The translations under genes were made by a program, and so were the position numbers. From Arcticibacter sp. (lineage in GTDB: Bacteria > Bacteroidota > Bacteroidia > 2-12-FULL-35-15), in the NCBI GenBank assembly GCA_021155045.1, contig JAJNQB010000019.1, positions 198,814-262,813 of the forward strand: DNA of 64,000 nt. The letters run 5' to 3'. Shown here in pieces: positions 29,186 to 38,340 of the stretch. The notes beneath the pieces are model-generated. The model did no database searches, had not been told where the DNA came from, and saw only the letters and a list, made by a program, of their open reading frames with translations. Position 1 is the first letter of the stretch. Each line of letters begins with the position of its first letter.

Positions 29186-30157
29186 ATGACAGTAAAAGAA
29201 ATAAAAGCACCGGTAACCAAAGAAATGGAAGCGTTTGAAGTAAAGTTCAAATCTTCTATGAAAAGTTCTGTGCCTTTGTTAGACAAAATAACACAATACA
29301 TTGTAAAACGTAAAGGCAAACAATTACGACCCATGTTTGTTTTTCTTGCTGCAAAAGTTTGCGGTGAAATGAATGAATCAACATACCGTGCTGCATCATT
29401 AATTGAATTACTACATACTGCAACATTGGTACACGATGATGTGGTGGACGATAGCAATGAACGCAGAGGCTTTTTTTCAGTAAATGCTTTATGGAAAAAT
29501 AAAATTGCTGTTTTAGTTGGCGACTTTTTATTATCAAGAGGTTTGCTGCTTTCGGTTGATAACAATGATTTTCATTTATTGGGAATAGTTTCCAATGCTG
29601 TTCGTGAAATGAGTGAAGGTGAATTATTGCAAATTGAAAAAGCCCGAAAACTAGATATTGACGAAACTATTTATTATGAAATTATTCGCAAAAAAACAGC
29701 ATCCTTAATTGCTTCGTGTTGTGCTTGCGGAGCAGCATCTGTTACATCCGATAAAAAAGTAATTGAAAAAATGCAAGCCTTTGGTGAAGCTGTAGGTATA
29801 GCTTTTCAAATAAAAGATGATTTATTTGATTATGGTGATGGAAGCAATATTGGCAAACCAACAGGTATTGATATCAAAGAGAAAAAGATGACATTGCCTT
29901 TGATTTACGCTTTAAACAACGCAACCTATCTTGAAAAAAAGCGAATTATCAATATTGTAAAAAACAATAATAATAATCCTAAAAAAGTTGCCGAAGTAAT
30001 TGATTTTGTAATAAAAAGTGGAGGTATTCAATATGCTGAAACAGTTATGAACGAATACAAAGAAAAAGCATTAAATTTAATTTCAGAATTTCCTGAAAGC
30101 CCATCAAAAGCATCTTTGATAGGCTTAGTAAAATATACAACAGAACGTAAAAATTAA
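29186..30157 (+). CDS. Polyprenyl diphosphate synthase (long-chain, trans)
   Basis: 323 aa. First DDxxD in LVHDDVVDD and second in KDDLFD. Confidence 0.92.
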   Translation: MTVKEIKAPVTKEMEAFEVKFKSSMKSSVPLLDKITQYIVKRKGKQLRPMFVFLAAKVCGEMNESTYRAASLIELLHTATLVHDDVVDDSNERRGFFSVNALWKNKIAVLVGDFLLSRGLLLSVDNNDFHLLGIVSNAVREMSEGELLQIEKARKLDIDETIYYEIIRKKTASLIASCCACGAASVTSDKKVIEKMQAFGEAVGIAFQIKDDLFDYGDGSNIGKPTGIDIKEKKMTLPLIYALNNATYLEKKRIINIVKNNNNNPKKVAEVIDFVIKSGGIQYAETVMNEYKEKALNLISEFPESPSKASLIGLVKYTTERKN

Positions 30158-30163
30158 TTTTGT

Positions 30164-30619
30164 ATGAAACACATTTTTTTATCATTAACACTTATTACTT
30201 TTTTTGCTTGTGGAAATACCGATAAAAATGAAAAAGTAAAAACCGAAACTCCACAACAAAATACAGATATTAAAGAAGAAAAATTTACCATTAAAATGTC
30301 CAACTCTAGTGCAGAAGAAGATTCTATTCCGCAGAATGGTGAATACATAAAACGTTATAAAAATGGCAATGTTGAAATGCAAGGAATGATGAAAAATGGG
30401 AAAAGAGATGGTTTATGGAAAAGTTTTTATGATGATGGAACACCTTGGAGCAAAACAACTTTTAAAGATGGAATAAAAAATGGACCCACAACCACTTGGT
30501 ACGAAAATGGTAAAATACGCTACGAAGGTTCTTATGAAAACGATTCAGAAAAAGGCGTTTGGAAATATTACGATGAAAAAGGTAATTTCATAAAAACATT
30601 TGATTACGATAAACAGTAA
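30164..30619 (+). CDS. MORN-variant repeat lipoprotein (YwqK-like)
   Basis: 151 aa with lipoprotein signal FFACG and repeated G..G.W..YYENG-type units. Confidence 0.7.
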   Translation: MKHIFLSLTLITFFACGNTDKNEKVKTETPQQNTDIKEEKFTIKMSNSSAEEDSIPQNGEYIKRYKNGNVEMQGMMKNGKRDGLWKSFYDDGTPWSKTTFKDGIKNGPTTTWYENGKIRYEGSYENDSEKGVWKYYDEKGNFIKTFDYDKQ

Positions 30620-30648
30620 TAGTTATTTGTCAATTTGCTTAATTATTA

Positions 30649-30656
30649 TATTTTTG
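30649..30656 (+). promoter_or_regulatory. -7 box TATTTTTG upstream of the cupredoxin gene
   Basis: Exact TAnnTTTG match 23 nt before the ATG at 30679. Confidence 0.4.
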
Positions 30657-30678
30657 TCCTATTACAGTTAATCCAAAT

Positions 30679-31086
30679 ATGAGAAACACATTATTTATAG
30701 CTATCACTATACTGTTATTTTCGGCTTGTACTTACGAGAAAGGATCTGTTCCTCAGCCAGATTTGAATTGTTCTACTGATTCTGTTCGCTATTTAAGAAC
30801 AGTTGATATGCAGGACAATTTTTTTAGTCCTATGGAATTACAAATGATTGCAGGAGATACTGTAAAATTTGTTTTGCAAGGTTCGAACCCGCATACAGCT
30901 ACCTGCGATGGAACAGGAGGAAGCTCAATGCCTCAAGGTGCTACAGCATTTGATACGGGTGTTCTTTTAACTACCGGAGATGAATCAAAAAAAGTAATAT
31001 CAACACCTGGAACTTACAATTATATATGCGTTGTTCATGGTTCTTCCATGATGGGCACACTTATTGTAAAAAAGCGTTGTAATTAA
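30679..31086 (+). CDS. Cupredoxin (plastocyanin/azurin-like) lipoprotein
   Basis: 135 aa with lipoprotein signal LFSAC. Type-1 Cu ligand pattern: H (NPHTA) ... C-VV-H-GSS-M (YICVVHGSSMMG). Confidence 0.8.
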   Translation: MRNTLFIAITILLFSACTYEKGSVPQPDLNCSTDSVRYLRTVDMQDNFFSPMELQMIAGDTVKFVLQGSNPHTATCDGTGGSSMPQGATAFDTGVLLTTGDESKKVISTPGTYNYICVVHGSSMMGTLIVKKRCN

Positions 31087-31104
31087 CCCAATAAAAACAT
31101 TAAA

Positions 31105-31653
31105 ATGAAAAAGATATTATTTGTTTGTTTGTTGTTTGCATTTACAATCGTTGCAAAATCTCAAATATTTTTAGCCAAAACGTGTGAAATAAGTTTTTTC
31201 TCTGAAGCGCCAATGGAAAATATTAAAGCCATAAACAAAGCAGCAAAACCAATTTTGAATACTGCTACAAACGATATTCAAATAAAAATTGTAATCAGTG
31301 CATTTGTTTTTGAAAAACCTTTAATGCAAGAACACTTTAATGAAAACTATATGGAAAGCGAAAAATTTCCAGATGCAATTTTCAAAGGTAAAATCAACGA
31401 AACAATTGATTGGAAAAAAGATGGCGAATACAAAGTAACAGTTACTGGAACGTTAAAAATTCATGGTGTTGAAAAAGCAAGAACATTTGAAGGAACAGTT
31501 AAAATAAAAGGTGATGAAATTACAATCGATACAAAATTTAATATTCACATTGCCGACCACGGAATAAAAGTACCAAGTATGTATATCAAAAATATTGCAG
31601 AAGATGTAGAAGTAAAACTTAATGCAGTACTAGAACCATTTAAAAAGAAATAA
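31105..31653 (+). CDS. YceI family periplasmic protein
   Basis: 182 aa with a signal peptide. YceI-like pattern (EISFFSEAPMENI..., GTLKIHGVEK). Confidence 0.75.
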   Translation: MKKILFVCLLFAFTIVAKSQIFLAKTCEISFFSEAPMENIKAINKAAKPILNTATNDIQIKIVISAFVFEKPLMQEHFNENYMESEKFPDAIFKGKINETIDWKKDGEYKVTVTGTLKIHGVEKARTFEGTVKIKGDEITIDTKFNIHIADHGIKVPSMYIKNIAEDVEVKLNAVLEPFKKK

Positions 31654-31658
31654 TTTGT

Positions 31659-32615
31659 ATGAGGCTATTTTACCCATTTTTAACAGTATCTTTTTTATTT
31701 TCATCACTAACAATTTTTGCGCAAGACGACTTGCTTAGTTTAGTAGATGATGCTACACCTAAAAAACGTGAGAAAGTAATAGCCACTTTCAAAACTTCAA
31801 AAATAATAAGTGCTCAAAGTACCGAAACGGTAAAGGCTGGTACAATGGATTTTAGAGTTACTCACCGTTTTGGAAACATTGGAACACAAAGCGGGGGAGG
31901 TGGTCATACATTATATGGTTTAGATAATTCAGCGGATATTCGTATCTCTTTTGATTTTGGAATTACAGATAATCTTACATTAGGTGTTGGGCGTAGTAAA
32001 ATGAATGAACTAATAGATGGTTTGGTGAAATGGCGTTTTTTAACACAAACAACCGATAATCATATTCCCTTTTCTATTGCATTTTTTGGTAGCATGAGTT
32101 ATAATCCACAATCGGCAAATCAATTTTATAGCGGAACAGTTAAAACAGCTGATTTTAAACAAAAAGAAGAACACCGTTTTGCTTATACAAGCCAACTTTT
32201 AATTGCACGAAAATTTGGAAATTTTTGTTCTATTGAATTATTACCAACCTACAATCATAGAAATTTTGTGGCTGCAAACATTAACCCTGATAATGGTGCA
32301 GAAGAAACCAATGATCTTATTTCGTTGGGTATTGGTGGAAGAATAAAGCTTACAAAACGAATTTGTTTGGTAGCAGATTATTTTTATACATTTTCAAAAT
32401 ACCGTACAAACAATCCTACCAATGCTTTTTATGCCCCATTGGCAATAGGTTTCGAAATTGAAACAGGAGGTCATGTGTTTCATATCAACTACACAAATGC
32501 TGCTGGAATTATCGAAAACAATTTTATTCCAAACACCACCGACAATTGGTTAAAAGGTGGATTTAAACTTGGGTTTAACATTTCACGTGTGTTTGATATA
32601 GTAAAGCCCAAATAG
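31659..32615 (+). CDS. Outer-membrane beta-barrel protein, DUF5777-like
   Basis: 318 aa with a signal peptide and MDFRVTHRFG...YGLD motif region. Adjacency to YceI is recalled from flavobacterial genomes and was not searched. Confidence 0.55.
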   Translation: MRLFYPFLTVSFLFSSLTIFAQDDLLSLVDDATPKKREKVIATFKTSKIISAQSTETVKAGTMDFRVTHRFGNIGTQSGGGGHTLYGLDNSADIRISFDFGITDNLTLGVGRSKMNELIDGLVKWRFLTQTTDNHIPFSIAFFGSMSYNPQSANQFYSGTVKTADFKQKEEHRFAYTSQLLIARKFGNFCSIELLPTYNHRNFVAANINPDNGAEETNDLISLGIGGRIKLTKRICLVADYFYTFSKYRTNNPTNAFYAPLAIGFEIETGGHVFHINYTNAAGIIENNFIPNTTDNWLKGGFKLGFNISRVFDIVKPK

Positions 32616-32669
32616 ATAAAATACCCTGTTTAGGGTATTGCATTATTTTCATTAAACAAGTTTAAAGAG

Positions 32670-32677
32670 TAACTTTG
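32670..32677 (+). promoter_or_regulatory. -7 box TAACTTTG upstream of feoA
   Basis: Exact TAnnTTTG match overlapping the ORF-track GTG at 32677. This supports the ATG at 32683 and a near-leaderless mRNA. Confidence 0.4.
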
Positions 32678-32682
32678 TGCAC

Positions 32683-32922
32683 ATGAAAAGTGCGTTGAGA
32701 CAATTGTCTGATTTGCAATTAGGACAAAAAGCAATAATAGATTCGTTTACTGATAGCATAATGGCATTAAAGTTATTAGAAATGGGTTGTACTCCCGGAG
32801 AAATGGTTCGGCTTGATAATATTGCTCCTTTAGGTGACCCCATTGCCATTTCTGTTTCTGGCTATCTATTAAGTTTACGAAAAGAAGAAGCTTCTACAAT
32901 TTTAGTATCACCTCTTATTTGA
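32683..32922 (+). CDS. feoA: Ferrous iron transport protein A
   Basis: 79 aa SH3-like FeoA pattern (LSDLQLGQKAII..., LLEMGCTPGEMV). Located directly upstream of feoB. Confidence 0.85.
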   Translation: MKSALRQLSDLQLGQKAIIDSFTDSIMALKLLEMGCTPGEMVRLDNIAPLGDPIAISVSGYLLSLRKEEASTILVSPLI

Positions 32923-32978
32923 AATTCAAGCAAAAAGTATTGAAATCATTTTTATTTTAAAAAATCTTATCTTGTGCT

Positions 32979-35123
32979 GTGGATTCGCTTAAATCAACCA
33001 TATTACTTTCTGGAAAACAAAAAATAAAAATTGCTCTTGTTGGAAATCCTAACTGTGGAAAATCTACTTTATTTAATGCACTCACAGGTTTAAATCAAAA
33101 AACGGGAAATTTTCCAGGTGTTACTGTCGATAAAAAAGTAGGAACAATAAAACTTGAAAAAAATATTGTTGCTGAATTTGTTGATTTACCCGGAACATAT
33201 AGTTTGTATCCAAAATCAATTGATGAGCAAGTTGCATTTGAAGTACTTTGCAATCCTGATAACGAAGACCATCCCGATTTAACTATTGTGGTTGCAGATG
33301 CAAGCAATTTAAAACGCAATCTGTTTTTAGTTTCACAAATCATCGATTTAAAAATGCCAGTAATACTTGCATTAAACATGATGGATATGGTGGAAAAAGA
33401 AGGCAGTGTGATTGATGCTGTGCGACTTTCAGAAAAACTTGGAGTAAAAGTAATTGGAATAAGTGCCAGAAATAAAAATGGAATAGAAGAATTAAAATCA
33501 GCTATTTTACAGCCATTACAAGTGCCTCAATATGATTTTATCGACCTAAAAAAGATTGCTCCAGACTTAATTGAAAAAGTAAAATCTGTAGTAAAAGTAA
33601 ACAGCGATTTTGTTGCTTTTCAAATTATTAATAATATCAATGAAATAAATTATTTCAGTTCAAACAAAGACAAAAAAAATAAAATAGAAGAAGCGCTCAA
33701 CACATTTATTGTTGATAAAAATCAATTACAACAAAAAGAAAGCGTTGAAAGGTATAAAGCAATTAATAGAATTGTTGAAGAATGCATTACCAGCAGTACA
33801 GCAATTAAAACAGAAACATTCACACATAAATTAGATAGTTTTTTAACGCATAGGGTTTGGGGCTATGTTATTTTTTTAGCGGTGTTGTTTTTTATTTTTC
33901 AAACCATATTTTTTTTAGCAGCTTATCCAATGGAATGGATTGAAAATCTGTTTGTTGTTTTTTCTCAGTGGACATCCAATTTTTTACCTCAAGGAGATTT
34001 AAGCAATTTGCTTGTTGATGGAATTATTGCAGGCTTAAGCGGAGTGGTAGTTTTTGTTCCTCAAATAGCATTACTTTTTGCTTTTATTGCCATATTGGAA
34101 GATACAGGTTATATGGCACGTGTAAGTTTTATCATGGATAAACTTTTACGAAAATTTGGATTAAATGGACGTTCTGTAATTCCTTTAATTAGCGGTGTTG
34201 CATGTGCTGTACCTGCAATTATGAGTGCACGAACAATCAGCAATTGGAAAGAACGTATCATCACTATTATGGTAACACCGTTGATGAGTTGCTCTGCGCG
34301 ATTACCTGTTTATACGTTGCTTATTTCATTGGTAATTCCCAGTAATCAAAAATTTGGTTTTTTTAATTACCAAGGCTTAATTTTAATGGCATTATATTTA
34401 ATTGGTTTTATTGCAGCAATTGGTGCGGCAATAGTGATGAAATGGATTTTAAAAGCGCGCGAAAAAAGCTATTTTATAATGGAACTGCCTGTGTATCGCA
34501 CACCACAATGGAAAAATGTTGGATTAACAATTTACGAAAAAGTAAAAGTGTTTTTATGGGATGCAGGAAAAATTATTGTTGCAATTTCTGTTATACTTTG
34601 GTATTTATCCTCACATGCACCAGGAAATCGTTTTGCTGATATTGATAAAAAATACGAATCGAGTTTATATTTGAACGACTCATCGGTTGCAATAGAAGCA
34701 AAAATTGCATCTGAAAAATTAGAAGCTTCTTATGCAGGAATACTCGGGAAATCAATTGAACCAGCCATTAAACCTTTGGGTTTTGATTGGAAAATTGGAA
34801 TTTCATTGGTTACATCATTTGCTGCTCGAGAAGTTTTTGTGGGAACCATGGCAACAATTTATAGTGTTGGAAATTCTGACAACACTCAATCAATAAGAGA
34901 TAAAATGTTGTCTGAAAAAAATCCAGAAACAGGGTTGCCAAAATTTTCGGTTGCTGTTGGTTTTTCATTGTTACTTTTTTATGCTTTTGCCATGCAGTGT
35001 ATGAGTACTTTGGCTATTGTTTATCGTGAAACAAAAAACATCAAATGGCCCATCATTCAGTTTTTGTATATGGGAGCACTGGCATACCTTGCAAGTTTTG
35101 TGGTGTATCAGTTGTTGAAATAG
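32979..35123 (+). CDS. feoB: Ferrous iron transport protein B
   Basis: 714 aa with a GTG start. G-domain GNPNCGKST, DLPGTYS, NMMD, followed by the polytopic gate domain. Confidence 0.96.
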   Translation: MDSLKSTILLSGKQKIKIALVGNPNCGKSTLFNALTGLNQKTGNFPGVTVDKKVGTIKLEKNIVAEFVDLPGTYSLYPKSIDEQVAFEVLCNPDNEDHPDLTIVVADASNLKRNLFLVSQIIDLKMPVILALNMMDMVEKEGSVIDAVRLSEKLGVKVIGISARNKNGIEELKSAILQPLQVPQYDFIDLKKIAPDLIEKVKSVVKVNSDFVAFQIINNINEINYFSSNKDKKNKIEEALNTFIVDKNQLQQKESVERYKAINRIVEECITSSTAIKTETFTHKLDSFLTHRVWGYVIFLAVLFFIFQTIFFLAAYPMEWIENLFVVFSQWTSNFLPQGDLSNLLVDGIIAGLSGVVVFVPQIALLFAFIAILEDTGYMARVSFIMDKLLRKFGLNGRSVIPLISGVACAVPAIMSARTISNWKERIITIMVTPLMSCSARLPVYTLLISLVIPSNQKFGFFNYQGLILMALYLIGFIAAIGAAIVMKWILKAREKSYFIMELPVYRTPQWKNVGLTIYEKVKVFLWDAGKIIVAISVILWYLSSHAPGNRFADIDKKYESSLYLNDSSVAIEAKIASEKLEASYAGILGKSIEPAIKPLGFDWKIGISLVTSFAAREVFVGTMATIYSVGNSDNTQSIRDKMLSEKNPETGLPKFSVAVGFSLLLFYAFAMQCMSTLAIVYRETKNIKWPIIQFLYMGALAYLASFVVYQLLK

Positions 35124-35132
35124 TTTTTCATT

Positions 35133-35140
35133 TACCTTTG
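35133..35140 (+). promoter_or_regulatory. -7 box TACCTTTG upstream of the SprT-like gene
   Basis: Exact TAnnTTTG match 21 nt before the GTG at 35161. Confidence 0.4.
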
Positions 35141-35160
35141 TATAAATATAAAAAAACAGA

Positions 35161-35832
35161 GTGACACAACTCCATCGTAATCAATCCATTTTAAATAAAT
35201 ATTTGCCAGAGCAAGTTGTTCCTACTATTGCGGATTGGATTTACAAATATGATTTTAAATTAAAAATTAAAAAAAGTCGTGCTTCAAAATATGGAGATTA
35301 TCGCCCACCATCAAAAGGGAAAAATCATATCATCACCATTAATCACGACTTAAATAAATATGCTTTTTTAATTACATTGGTTCACGAAATAGCACATTTA
35401 ACATGTTTCAATAAACACAAAAATAGTGTGTCTCCACACGGAGCCGAATGGAAATTAGAATTTAAAATTTTAATGAATTATTTTTTATACGAAAAAATTT
35501 TTCCTGATGATGTAAAAATTGTTTTAATCAATTACATGAAAAATCCTGCAGCATCTAGTTGTTCTGATGTAAGTTTATTGCGTACTTTAAAAAAGTATGA
35601 TGAACGAGATAAAACCATTTTGTTAGAACAAATAGTAGAAGGTGCGGTTTTTATGTATGGTAACGAGCGTACATTTTTAAAAGGAGAACAAATTCGAAAA
35701 CGATTCAGATGTAAGGAAATAAAAACAAAAAGAATTTACCTTTTTAACCCATTAACTGAAGTTTTGCCAATAAATACAGTAGTTGAAGAAAAAAAATCAG
35801 ATTTTTTCAATATTTTCAAAATTACTAAATAA
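35161..35832 (+). CDS. SprT-like zinc metalloprotease-domain protein
   Basis: 223 aa with the HEIAHL zincin motif plus a downstream H. Confidence 0.7.
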   Translation: MTQLHRNQSILNKYLPEQVVPTIADWIYKYDFKLKIKKSRASKYGDYRPPSKGKNHIITINHDLNKYAFLITLVHEIAHLTCFNKHKNSVSPHGAEWKLEFKILMNYFLYEKIFPDDVKIVLINYMKNPAASSCSDVSLLRTLKKYDERDKTILLEQIVEGAVFMYGNERTFLKGEQIRKRFRCKEIKTKRIYLFNPLTEVLPINTVVEEKKSDFFNIFKITK

Positions 35833-35877
35833 TCAATATTTAATCAAAAAATAACCTTCAAACTATTGGGTTTTTGT

Positions 35878-35885
35878 TAAATTTG
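35878..35885 (+). promoter_or_regulatory. -7 box TAAATTTG upstream of the aminotransferase gene
   Basis: Exact TAnnTTTG match inside the ORF-track TTG extension. This supports the ATG at 35934. Confidence 0.4.
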
Positions 35886-35933
35886 TTGCTCTCTGGAAAG
35901 AGAACATTTTTAATCATTCAAAAAACGAATAAA

Positions 35934-37229
35934 ATGAGTACAACAGTAGTGGACAAAAACATCGATTTAAAAGTATCAAAACTTGCAGATAATATAATAG
36001 GTTCTGAAATTATAAAACTTGCTGCAGAGGTAAATGAAAAAATAAAAAAGGGCGAAAAAGTTTATAATTTAACAATTGGAGATTTTAATCCCAAAGTGTT
36101 TCCTATTCCTGCCGAGTTGAAGAATGAAATTATAAAAGCATACCAAGAAGATCAAACGAATTACCCTGCTGCTGATGGAATGTTAGAGTTGAGAACTGCT
36201 GTTTCAAAACTTTTAAAAGAAAGAGGTAATTTAGATTATAAAACAGATGAAATTGTAATTGCTGGCGGTGCCCGTCCTCTTATTTATGCAATATTTAGAG
36301 CATTAGTAGATGCTGGAGATACAGTTGTTTTTCCCGTGCCATCATGGAACAATAACCACTATACTTATTTGAATGGAGCAAAGCCTGTTTTGATTGAAAC
36401 AAGCCCTGAAAATAAATTTATGCCTACTGCTGCTGAATTAAAACCATTTGTTGCAGAAGCAAATATTATAGCATTGTGTTCTCCATTAAATCCAACAGGA
36501 ACAACTTTCACAAAAAAAGATTTAGAAGAAATTTGCGATATAATTTTAGTTGAAAATACTAAACGCCTCGCTGAAAATAAAAAACCACTTTATTTAATGT
36601 ACGACCAAATTTATTGGGCATTAACACATGGTGATACACAACATTACAACCCTGTTTCGTTGCGTCCTGAAATGAAAAACTATACAGTGTTTGTGGATGG
36701 TATTTCAAAATCACTCGCAGCAACAGGTGTACGTGTAGGTTGGAGCATGGGACCTAAAAAAATTATTGAAAAAATGAAATCCATTTTAACGCATGTTGGT
36801 GCATGGGCACCAAAAGCAGAACAAATGGCAACTGCCGTTTATTTGAATGATTTAAAGAGCTATGATACATTTTTGGAAGATATTAAATCAAAAATAAACG
36901 ATAGGTTACTTGGTTTTTATAAAGGATTTCAAGCATTAAAATCAGAAGGTCATAGAGTAGATGCAATAACTCCTGAAGCTGCAATCTATTTAACGGTGCA
37001 GTTTGCATTACACGGACAAAAAACTACTGAAGAAAAAATATTAGCTACTACACAAGATGTTACAAAATATATTTTAGATGAAGCACAAGTTGCTATCGTT
37101 CCATTTTACGCTTTTGGTTCTTCAAGTGATTCTAATTGGTACCGTTTGTCTGTTGGTACTTGCAAATTAGAAGATGTAAATGGTGTAATTGAAAATTTGC
37201 GCAAAGCATTAAGCAAATTGAGTAAATAA
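35934..37229 (+). CDS. PLP-dependent aminotransferase, class I/II
   Basis: About 431 aa from the ATG. Contains NPTGT and the ISKSLAATGVRVGW PLP-lysine region. Confidence 0.88.
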   Translation: MSTTVVDKNIDLKVSKLADNIIGSEIIKLAAEVNEKIKKGEKVYNLTIGDFNPKVFPIPAELKNEIIKAYQEDQTNYPAADGMLELRTAVSKLLKERGNLDYKTDEIVIAGGARPLIYAIFRALVDAGDTVVFPVPSWNNNHYTYLNGAKPVLIETSPENKFMPTAAELKPFVAEANIIALCSPLNPTGTTFTKKDLEEICDIILVENTKRLAENKKPLYLMYDQIYWALTHGDTQHYNPVSLRPEMKNYTVFVDGISKSLAATGVRVGWSMGPKKIIEKMKSILTHVGAWAPKAEQMATAVYLNDLKSYDTFLEDIKSKINDRLLGFYKGFQALKSEGHRVDAITPEAAIYLTVQFALHGQKTTEEKILATTQDVTKYILDEAQVAIVPFYAFGSSSDSNWYRLSVGTCKLEDVNGVIENLRKALSKLSK

Positions 37230-37251
37230 AAAAATCCAGAAAGAAATTCAG

Positions 37252-38340
37252 ATGAAAAATAATTATTGTGTGATAATGGCGGGCGGTATTGGTAGCCGAT
37301 TTTGGCCCATGAGCAGAACATCTCATCCAAAACAGTTTATGGATATTTTAGGAACCGGAGAAACATTGTTACAACAAACGTATAATCGATTTTTGCGTCT
37401 TTGTCCTAAAGAAAATATTTACATTGTAACCAACGATTCTTATGTTGGATTAGTACAAGAACAAATAAAAAATGTTGCCAAAGAAAATATTTTGAGTGAA
37501 CCGGCTCGAAAAAATACTGCTCCTTGCGTAGCTTACGCATGCTATAAAATAGCACAAAAAAATCCGGATGCTTTAACGGTAATTGCTCCTTCTGACCATT
37601 TGATTACAAAAGAAGATACATTTGTGAAAGCCATTAAGGCTTGCTACAAAAAAGCTGCTTCAGAAGATTGTTTGGTTACTTTAGGAATTACGCCAAGCCG
37701 ACCGGATACGGGTTACGGTTATATTCAGTTTGTAGAATCATCCATTCCTGAAAAAGATAAACGAATTAAAAAAGTAAAAACATTTACGGAGAAACCCGAT
37801 TTAGAAATGGCAAAGTTTTTTTTAAAGAGTGGTGATTTTTTATGGAATTCAGGGATATTTATATGGAGTGTAAAAAGTGTTATCAAAGCTTTTGAAACAC
37901 ATTGCTCCGATATGGATGTAATTTTCAAAGAAGGGAATGGCGTTTATAATACCCCTCAAGAATCTGATTTTATTGCAAAAGCATATACCAATTGCAAAAA
38001 TATTTCCATTGATTATGCTATTATGGAAAAAGCAGAAAATGTATATGTACGCTCATCTATAATTGGCTGGAGCGATTTAGGGACTTGGGGTTCGTTGTAC
38101 GAACACATCAAACAAGACGATAATAAAAATGCAATCGTTGGAAAAAATGTGTTAGCCTACGATTCAAAAAATTGTATTGTAAATGTTCCAAAAGATAAAC
38201 TTGTTGTGATGCAAGGTTTAGATGATTATATTGTTGTGGAATCAGATGGCATTTTACTTATTTGCAAAAAAGAAGATGAACAACAAATTAGAACGTTTGT
38301 AAATGACGTGAAGGTTGGAAAAGGGGATAAGTTTGTTTAA
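37252..38340 (+). CDS. Mannose-1-phosphate guanylyltransferase
   Basis: 362 aa. Contains VIMAGGIGSRFWPMSR, GYGYI and WSDLGTW. Confidence 0.9.
   Translation: MKNNYCVIMAGGIGSRFWPMSRTSHPKQFMDILGTGETLLQQTYNRFLRLCPKENIYIVTNDSYVGLVQEQIKNVAKENILSEPARKNTAPCVAYACYKIAQKNPDALTVIAPSDHLITKEDTFVKAIKACYKKAASEDCLVTLGITPSRPDTGYGYIQFVESSIPEKDKRIKKVKTFTEKPDLEMAKFFLKSGDFLWNSGIFIWSVKSVIKAFETHCSDMDVIFKEGNGVYNTPQESDFIAKAYTNCKNISIDYAIMEKAENVYVRSSIIGWSDLGTWGSLYEHIKQDDNKNAIVGKNVLAYDSKNCIVNVPKDKLVVMQGLDDYIVVESDGILLICKKEDEQQIRTFVNDVKVGKGDKFV

Noticed and set aside
30880-30890. GGTTCGAACCC, a tRNA T-arm-like string.
   Set aside because: It is in frame inside the cupredoxin CDS (QGSNPHTA). No acceptor, D or anticodon stems can be drawn around it.
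32636-32660. Possible Fur box (ttgcattattttcattaaa) upstream of feoAB.
   Set aside because: It matches the classical 19-mer at only about 10 of 19 positions, and AT-rich background makes such matches common.
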